From positions 1-61,551 of the IMG/VR virus record IMGVR_UViG_3300030107_003029: a stretch of DNA of 61,551 bases. One strand, given 5' to 3'. Positions 55,780 to 61,551 of the stretch are shown here, piece after piece. The stretch's first letter is position 1. Each line of letters opens with the position of its first letter. The stretch is from a virus (Duplodnaviria > Caudoviricetes). Under the pieces are notes generated by a model. The model searched no databases. It had not been told where the DNA came from and was given only the letters and a program-made list of their open reading frames with translations. A program made the translations under genes and the position numbers.

Positions 55780-55956
55780 GCTTGTAGTCTGAAAAAATTT
55801 TCTTCCATATCTCAACGCACATTAAGATTTTAAACTTTTTTGATACAAGGGTAAGGGCAAAAAAATGCTTGTTCTCTAAAAATCTATGCTTGTGCGTGTA
55901 GTCTATTTAAAAGAAAATAATTTTTTTTAGTCCAATTTGCTTGTGCCTGTAGTCTA
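55780..55956 (+). repeat. GCYTGTGCBTGTAGTCTA repeat family, cluster 3 (55888, 55939, partials 55780, 55867)
   Basis: Direct observation, same strand as other clusters. Confidence 0.85.
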
Positions 55957-56109
55957 AACATAAAGAAAAAAAATAAAAAAAGAAAAAAATAAAGAAAAAT
56001 AAAAAAAGCTCTATAGCTGCCCTGCTAAAATTTTCTTAAACCCTTGTTAAGATACTTGACCTATAAGGGCTAGTAATGGTACAAGATGAATAGAAAGTGA
56101 GAAATAAAT

Positions 56110-56274
56110 ATGAAAAAAATAAGATCTAAAAAAAATAATCTTTTAAATTACTTTATTTGTAATCATAAAGATTTAAGTAAACAGTATTTAAAAAGTTGTA
56201 ATCAATTTTTTAAATCATTAAAAGAAAAACAAAGAAAGGAAAAAGAAAATGAAAACAAAAAAAGAAACAATTAA
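56110..56274 (+). CDS. 54-aa early protein (missed by ORF track)
   Basis: AGAAAGTGAG RBS; TTGACC promoter-like upstream. Confidence 0.6.
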   Translation: MKKIRSKKNNLLNYFICNHKDLSKQYLKSCNQFFKSLKEKQRKEKENENKKRNN

Positions 56275-56443
56275 TATTTCTTCAACATGGGAAAATGTTT
56301 TACCGCAAATGGTAAGATTATATTCTTCATTAAATAGTGATGGAAAAAAAGAAGTATTAAGAAGAATGACGGTAATAGGTAAAATAGTTGATAAGTGCAA
56401 AGTGTTAAAAAAAGAAAGGAAAAATAAATATGAAACTAAATAA
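56249..56443 (+). CDS. Early hypothetical protein
   Basis: AGAAAGGA RBS. Confidence 0.65.
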   Translation: MKTKKETINISSTWENVLPQMVRLYSSLNSDGKKEVLRRMTVIGKIVDKCKVLKKERKNKYETK

Positions 56444-56633
56444 AGACGACTTAAGAAATAAAGAAATTATTCTTGAGTTAAAAAATGTTTATGGCAAAGA
56501 TTTAATATATCCATCTTGCCATATTGCTAATGCAATGATTAAATTAAAAGCAGGAAAAACATTTACTAAAAATGATTTAAATGTTTTTAAAGCTCTAGGT
56601 TTAATTATTAAATGGAAAGCAGGGCAGCTATGA
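56430..56633 (+). CDS. Early hypothetical protein (KNVYG..LIYP...KT)
   Basis: AGAAAGGA RBS. Confidence 0.7.
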   Translation: MKLNKDDLRNKEIILELKNVYGKDLIYPSCHIANAMIKLKAGKTFTKNDLNVFKALGLIIKWKAGQL

Positions 56634-56845
56634 ATAAAGATGATTTTAAAAAAATAAAAGATGGTTTTTATTCTGCTATGCAAGATGCAATAAATAAAGG
56701 TTTAATCAAAGTTATCATAAATGATAATGGAGAAAGAATTGTTGAAATTATTGCAAGTGAAGAAGAAATAAAACAAGCTTATTTGAATGATGATGATTTA
56801 TCAGATGAGCAGAAAGGAAAAATAAAAAATGATGATACTAACTAA
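56630..56845 (+). CDS. Early hypothetical protein (start ATG 56630)
   Basis: ATGA coupling. Confidence 0.6.
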   Translation: MNKDDFKKIKDGFYSAMQDAINKGLIKVIINDNGERIVEIIASEEEIKQAYLNDDDLSDEQKGKIKNDDTN

Positions 56846-57137
56846 AGCAATTAAAGAAAAATTAATTGCAAATCATAAAAAACAAATAGAGGGAAAAACT
56901 CATTATGAGTTTAAAGCTGTGTTAAAGCTTTTTAATCCAACAGGTATCGGCACATGGTATCTGTCGGAATTAGATCCTGAAACTAATATGGCATTCGGTT
57001 TATGTTGCTTAACTGAAAAAGAGTTAGGTTATGTAAATCTAGATGAATTATTATCTTTCAAAGGTCGAATGGGATTAGGAATTGAAAGAGATAAATTCTT
57101 TAAACCTAAAACATTAGATGAGTGTAGATCTTTATGA
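56829..57137 (+). CDS. DUF2958-like protein
   Basis: KLF.P.G..TWYL.E....AFGL....ELGYV.L.EL...IERD..F. Confidence 0.85.
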   Translation: MMILTKAIKEKLIANHKKQIEGKTHYEFKAVLKLFNPTGIGTWYLSELDPETNMAFGLCCLTEKELGYVNLDELLSFKGRMGLGIERDKFFKPKTLDECRSL

Positions 57138-57310
57138 GTGATACATTAAACAAAAAAGAAATAAAAAGATTAATTGAGTTAGGTAAATCAATTATGCTTT
57201 GTTTAGATTGTGATATCAATGGGACAGGTTTACCTTGTCGCACTGATAGGTTAGCATCTGTAAGATATATGATTGAATATTTAAAAATACATAACTACAA
57301 AATAAATTAA
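57134..57310 (+). CDS. 58-aa early protein (missed by ORF track)
   Basis: ATGA coupling; ends before terminator. Confidence 0.55.
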   Translation: MSDTLNKKEIKRLIELGKSIMLCLDCDINGTGLPCRTDRLASVRYMIEYLKIHNYKIN

Positions 57311-57325
57311 ATCATTAATTAAATT

Positions 57326-57358
57326 ACAGGCGACACTTGCGTGTCGCCTGTTTTTTTT
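57326..57358 (+). terminator. Intrinsic terminator
   Basis: acaggcgacac-ttgc-gtgtcgcctgt + T tract. Confidence 0.9.
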
Positions 57359-57571
57359 CGTCCAAAATTTCACACAATATAAGAGTATACTTTAGTATTC
57401 CTTATATTATTTAAAGATAAGAGTCTTTAGTCCTTTAATAGAGGTACCAAGGATAGTATCAAATTAGTATTGATTAATAATCTTAAATCATCTAAACTCA
57501 AAAGGGATCCTAAACTTAAGACTAAAGTCAAGGATTTATACAGTCAGAGGGACTAAAATCCCAACTCACTT

Positions 57572-59047
57572 ATGACCAAAAAGAAAAAAAATATTATAAA
57601 AAATTTTGAGAACCCGGATAACGAAAGAGAATATTTATTAGCAGCATTAAAGTTGAAACAACGAGAAAAGGAGTCTCTTGTTAAGAATGACTTCCTGGCG
57701 TTTGTTAAACATATGTGGCCTGAGTTTATAGAAGGGTACCATCACAAAGTCATAGCCGATAAATTTAATAAATTGGCTACAGGCGAAATCAAGAGACTTA
57801 TTGTCAATATGCCCCCTAGACATACCAAGTCAGAATTTGCTTCCAACTATTTACCTGCTTGGATGATTGGGAAGAACCCTAAATTAAAAATAATTCAAAC
57901 GACCCACACAGCAGAACTTGCTGTAAGGTTTGGTCGTAAAGCTAAACATCTAATTGATTCTCCTGAGTATCAGGAAGTATTTAAAACTAGACTTCAAGAA
58001 GATTCCAAAGCAGCAGGAAGATGGGAAACCGAAGGCGGAGGAGAATACTTCGCGGCTGGTACAGGCGGAGCGATCACTGGTCGTGGTGCTGATCTATTAA
58101 TCATTGACGATCCACACAAGGAACAAGATGCATTGAGTAAAGAAGGTTTTGATAAAGCTTTTGAGTGGTATACTTCAGGACCTAGACAGCGTCTTCAACC
58201 AGGAGGTTCCATTGTAATTGTAATGACTCGTTGGGCTACTAAAGATTTAACAGGTAGACTGATACAATCTCAAAAAGAAATTAAAGGTGATCAATGGGAA
58301 GTTATTGAGTTCCCAGCAATCATGCCAAATGGAAAACCTGTATGGCCAGAGTATTGGAATATAGATGAATTAGAAACTCAGAAAGCATCTTTACCCGTTA
58401 AGAAATGGAATGCTCAGTTTATGCAACAACCGACAGCGGACGAAGGAGCAATTATTAAACGAGAGTGGTGGAGAGATTGGCCTGATGACAACCCTCCTAG
58501 AGTGGATTACATTATACAATCTTATGATACAGCTTTCTTGAAAAAGGAATCTGCTGACTATTCAGCTATTACAACCTGGGGCGTGTTCCGTGATGATGAC
58601 GGCGGGATTCATATAATCCTGTTAGATGCTGAGAAAGACCGGTTCGAGTTCCCCGAGCTTCGACGCGTGGCTCATGAATCATATCTCTTTTGGCGACCTG
58701 ATATGGTTTTAATCGAGGCCAAAGCTTCAGGGATTCCATTGACTCACGAATTAAGGAACATGGAAATTCCAGTAGTCAATTTCACTCCTTCCAAAGGAAA
58801 CGATAAACACGTTAGAGTTAATTCAGTTGCACCTTTTTTTGAAAGTGGTAGAGTATGGGCTCCTATGCATAAGCAATATGCACAGGAAGTTATCGAGGAA
58901 TGTGCAGCGTTCCCGAATGGAGATAACGATGACTACGTTGACTCGATGACTCAAGCAGTAATGAGATTGAGGCAAGGAGGATTCTTAAGACACCCGGAGG
59001 ATGCAAAAGAAGTCACGGTCCGGGGATCAAGGGTATATTATGGTTAA
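57572..59047 (+). CDS. terL: Terminase large subunit
   Basis: NMPPRHTKS, ITGRGADLLIIDDP, MTRW, SYDTA, IEAKASG, FPNG.NDD.VDS. Confidence 0.96.
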   Translation: MTKKKKNIIKNFENPDNEREYLLAALKLKQREKESLVKNDFLAFVKHMWPEFIEGYHHKVIADKFNKLATGEIKRLIVNMPPRHTKSEFASNYLPAWMIGKNPKLKIIQTTHTAELAVRFGRKAKHLIDSPEYQEVFKTRLQEDSKAAGRWETEGGGEYFAAGTGGAITGRGADLLIIDDPHKEQDALSKEGFDKAFEWYTSGPRQRLQPGGSIVIVMTRWATKDLTGRLIQSQKEIKGDQWEVIEFPAIMPNGKPVWPEYWNIDELETQKASLPVKKWNAQFMQQPTADEGAIIKREWWRDWPDDNPPRVDYIIQSYDTAFLKKESADYSAITTWGVFRDDDGGIHIILLDAEKDRFEFPELRRVAHESYLFWRPDMVLIEAKASGIPLTHELRNMEIPVVNFTPSKGNDKHVRVNSVAPFFESGRVWAPMHKQYAQEVIEECAAFPNGDNDDYVDSMTQAVMRLRQGGFLRHPEDAKEVTVRGSRVYYG

Positions 59048-59189
59048 ACGATTAACCTTAACAATTCCACCATTAAGAGGACCTGACCCACAAGGGTTGA
59101 ATATTCCTTCAAAACAAGTTAAAACAATCAAACTGGAGAAATTAAATGGTAAAAAGCCTAAGACAAATCTACAAAGAATCAAGAAATAA
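59040..59189 (+). CDS. Small protein with PPLRGPDPQGL motif (start ATG 59040)
   Basis: Overlaps terL stop. Confidence 0.55.
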   Translation: MVKRLTLTIPPLRGPDPQGLNIPSKQVKTIKLEKLNGKKPKTNLQRIKK

Positions 59190-59358
59190 AAGAGGTTATA
59201 AAGGCTCTTGGGATGATTTTAAATCCGATTTTGGTAATTCAGAAGAATATTTTTTTGATAGCATTGGAGATTGGAGAAAGTGGAGAAACAAAAAAGGATA
59301 TGAATCTGGTGGACTCATTAAAGGCAAACCAAAATTAGCAAAAAAAGGTTGGAATTAA
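59146..59358 (+). CDS. Small basic protein ending YESGGLIKGKPKLAKKGWN
   Basis: GGAG RBS; C-terminus shared with 2475..3098. Confidence 0.7.
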   Translation: MVKSLRQIYKESRNKRGYKGSWDDFKSDFGNSEEYFFDSIGDWRKWRNKKGYESGGLIKGKPKLAKKGWN

Positions 59359-61551
59359 ATGGCAGATCAAGACAACATCGACAAGGCATTGCCGAACGTC
59401 GAACAAACCGTAACTATACCGCCTGAAGAAGAAATCGTAGAAGCACAAGAAACGATTAAAGAATCAGCGCCTGGTGAACCTGAAGTTGTTGAACAGGAAG
59501 ACGGTTCTGTTGATATTAATTTTGAACCAGGGGCCGTGAACCAAGCAGGCTCGGAAGATCATTACACTAACTTAGCAGAATTATTACCCGACGATGTTTT
59601 AGATAAAATCGGCGGCGATCTCTTTGGAGATTATACAGAATATAAAAATTCTAGATCAGAGTGGGAACAAACCTACACTAAAGGTCTAGATCTTTTAGGT
59701 TTCAAATACACTAACCCGTCGCAACCTTTTGAAGGTGCTTCGGGCGCTACGCATCCTGTCCTCGCTGAAGCTGTAACTCAGTTTCAGGCAGGGGCGTACA
59801 AAGAATTATTACCCGCAGATGGTCCTGTCAGAACTCAGATTCTAGGAAACATTAACCAACAGAAACAGGAACAAGCAACTCGGGTTAGAGATTTTATGAA
59901 TTATCAACTCATGGATCAAATGAAGGAATATGAACCTGATTTTGATCAAATGCTCTTTTACCTCCCTCTTGCCGGCTCTGCTTTTAAGAAAGTCTATTAT
60001 GACGAAATTTTAAGCAGAGCGGTTTCTAAATTTGTACCCGCTGATGATTTAATTGTACCGTACACAGCAACATCTTTAGAAGATGCAGAAGCAGTAATGC
60101 ATACGGTTAAGATGTCAGAAAATGATTTAAGAAAGCAACAGCTTTCAGGATTTTATTTAGATATCGATATTAAACCAGGCTACGATACAGAAACTCCGGT
60201 TGAGAAAAAGGAAAGAGAATTAGAAGGAGTTCGTAGATCAGGTAGAAACGAAGATGTATTTAGATTAGTTGAATGCCATGTCAATCTTGACCTTGAAGGG
60301 TTTGAAGATAAAGATGACACAGGCGATATGACAGGAATTAAATTACCTTACATTGTAACAATCGATGAAGGTTCAAGAAAAGTTTTATCTATTAAAAGAA
60401 ACTTCAAAGCAGACGATCCACTAAAACAAAAGATCCAATATTTTGTCCATTTCAAATTTCTTCCAGGACTTGGGTTTTACGGTTTTGGTTTGATCCATAT
60501 GATTGGTGGCCTCTCTCGAACAGCGACAACTGCGCTACGCCAATTACTTGATGCGGGTACGTTATCCAATCTACCCGCCGGGTTTAAACAAAGAGGGATT
60601 CGTGTACAAGATCAAGCACAATCCATACAACCAGGAGAATTTAGAGATGTCGATGCTCCAGGTGGAAACATTAGAGATGCATTTATGCCTCTACCTTTCA
60701 AAGAACCATCGGCAACATTATTACAACTAATGGGAATAGTTGTCCAAGCAGGACAAAGATTTGCATCTATTGCTGATATGGCTGTGGGTGATGGTAATCA
60801 ACAGGCTGCAGTTGGTACAACGGTTGCTCTTTTAGAAAGAGGTTCTCGTGTAATGTCAGCTATTCATAAAAGATTATACGTTGGATTAAAACAAGAATTC
60901 AAATTACTTGCACATATTTTTAAAACTTATTTACCAAATGAATATCCTTACGATGTAGTGGGTGCACAAAGAACAGTTAAGGTTCAAGACTTCGATGATA
61001 AGATTGATATTATCCCGGTTGCTGATCCTAATATCTTTTCTCAAACTCAAAGAATTAGTGTTGCTCAAACAGAATTACAATTAGCACAATCAAACCCTGG
61101 AATGCATAACTTATACGAAGCGTATAAACATATGTATCAAGCGATTGGTGTTAAAGATATTAATTTAATATTACCACCACCACAGCCACCTGTACCAACA
61201 GATCCTGTTACAGAAAACATGATGGCTTTAGCAGGTAAACCTTTTCAAGCTTTTCCAAAACAAGACCATAGAGCTCACATTGATTGTCACTTAGCATTCA
61301 TGGGAACGAACATGGCAAGAAACAATCCCATGATCCTTGGTGCTTTGGAAAAGAATATTTTTGAACATATTAATTTGATGGCTCAAGAACAAGTTGAATT
61401 AGAATTTAGAGATGAGTTCGTTAGGTTCCAGGAAATACAACAGAACCCTGCAGCTGTTCAACAGAACCCACAATTACAACAAGTCTTACAACAATTCAGT
61501 ATTAAAGTTGAAGCAAGAAAAGCTAAACTAGAAGCTGAGATGATGGAAGAA
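59359..61551 (+). CDS. Portal protein (about 836 aa including 1..495); absent from ORF track because it runs off the end
   Basis: ATG 59359 open to end; HPVLAEAVTQFQA, GSAFKKVYYD, GLGFYGFGL, AGTLSNLP; follows terL. Confidence 0.93.
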   Translation, partial: MADQDNIDKALPNVEQTVTIPPEEEIVEAQETIKESAPGEPEVVEQEDGSVDINFEPGAVNQAGSEDHYTNLAELLPDDVLDKIGGDLFGDYTEYKNSRSEWEQTYTKGLDLLGFKYTNPSQPFEGASGATHPVLAEAVTQFQAGAYKELLPADGPVRTQILGNINQQKQEQATRVRDFMNYQLMDQMKEYEPDFDQMLFYLPLAGSAFKKVYYDEILSRAVSKFVPADDLIVPYTATSLEDAEAVMHTVKMSENDLRKQQLSGFYLDIDIKPGYDTETPVEKKERELEGVRRSGRNEDVFRLVECHVNLDLEGFEDKDDTGDMTGIKLPYIVTIDEGSRKVLSIKRNFKADDPLKQKIQYFVHFKFLPGLGFYGFGLIHMIGGLSRTATTALRQLLDAGTLSNLPAGFKQRGIRVQDQAQSIQPGEFRDVDAPGGNIRDAFMPLPFKEPSATLLQLMGIVVQAGQRFASIADMAVGDGNQQAAVGTTVALLERGSRVMSAIHKRLYVGLKQEFKLLAHIFKTYLPNEYPYDVVGAQRTVKVQDFDDKIDIIPVADPNIFSQTQRISVAQTELQLAQSNPGMHNLYEAYKHMYQAIGVKDINLILPPPQPPVPTDPVTENMMALAGKPFQAFPKQDHRAHIDCHLAFMGTNMARNNPMILGALEKNIFEHINLMAQEQVELEFRDEFVRFQEIQQNPAAVQQNPQLQQVLQQFSIKVEARKAKLEAEMMEE
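61375..61551. repeat. Terminal direct repeat, copy 2
   Basis: Matches 1-177. Confidence 0.97.

Noticed and set aside
60503-60730. 75-aa ORF in the ORF track
   Set aside because: Off-frame inside the portal gene
1-61551. Alternative genetic code or lysogeny module
   Set aside because: Core genes are intact in the standard code; no integrase or repressor recognised

Overview
This window is an essentially complete, circularly permuted genome (61,374 bp unique; bases 1-177 repeat at 61375-61551) of an AT-rich marine-type tailed dsDNA phage with podovirus-like organisation. It most resembles large SAR11/pelagiphage-type podoviruses such as the HTVC023P-like group; the host is inferred, not shown. 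Gene order: terminase large subunit, portal (wraps the join), Lys-rich 'xxGG'-motif proteins, holin, GroES, scaffold, capsid, head-tail/tail proteins, three Gly/Pro-rich fibres followed by four 2OG-Fe(II) oxygenase-fold genes, tail tube and ejection proteins, a replication module (SNF2 helicase, SSB, primase, UvrD-like helicase, PolA), M15 endolysin, a DNA-modification block, exonuclease, candidate origin, terS and an early region. The most striking items are: (1) a C5 methyltransferase split over two fully overlapping reading frames, where the +1 frame carries motif IX and six tandem W-x-T-P modules that may form a modular multi-specific recognition array; (2) a 2.5 kb early segment stripped of common restriction palindromes and bracketed by an 18-bp repeat family, probably first-injected DNA; (3) a shared double-glycine tag on basic and internal virion proteins; (4) fibre genes paired with hydroxylase genes; (5) several candidate structured RNAs and small peptides missed by the ORF track. 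All motif counts are by eye.
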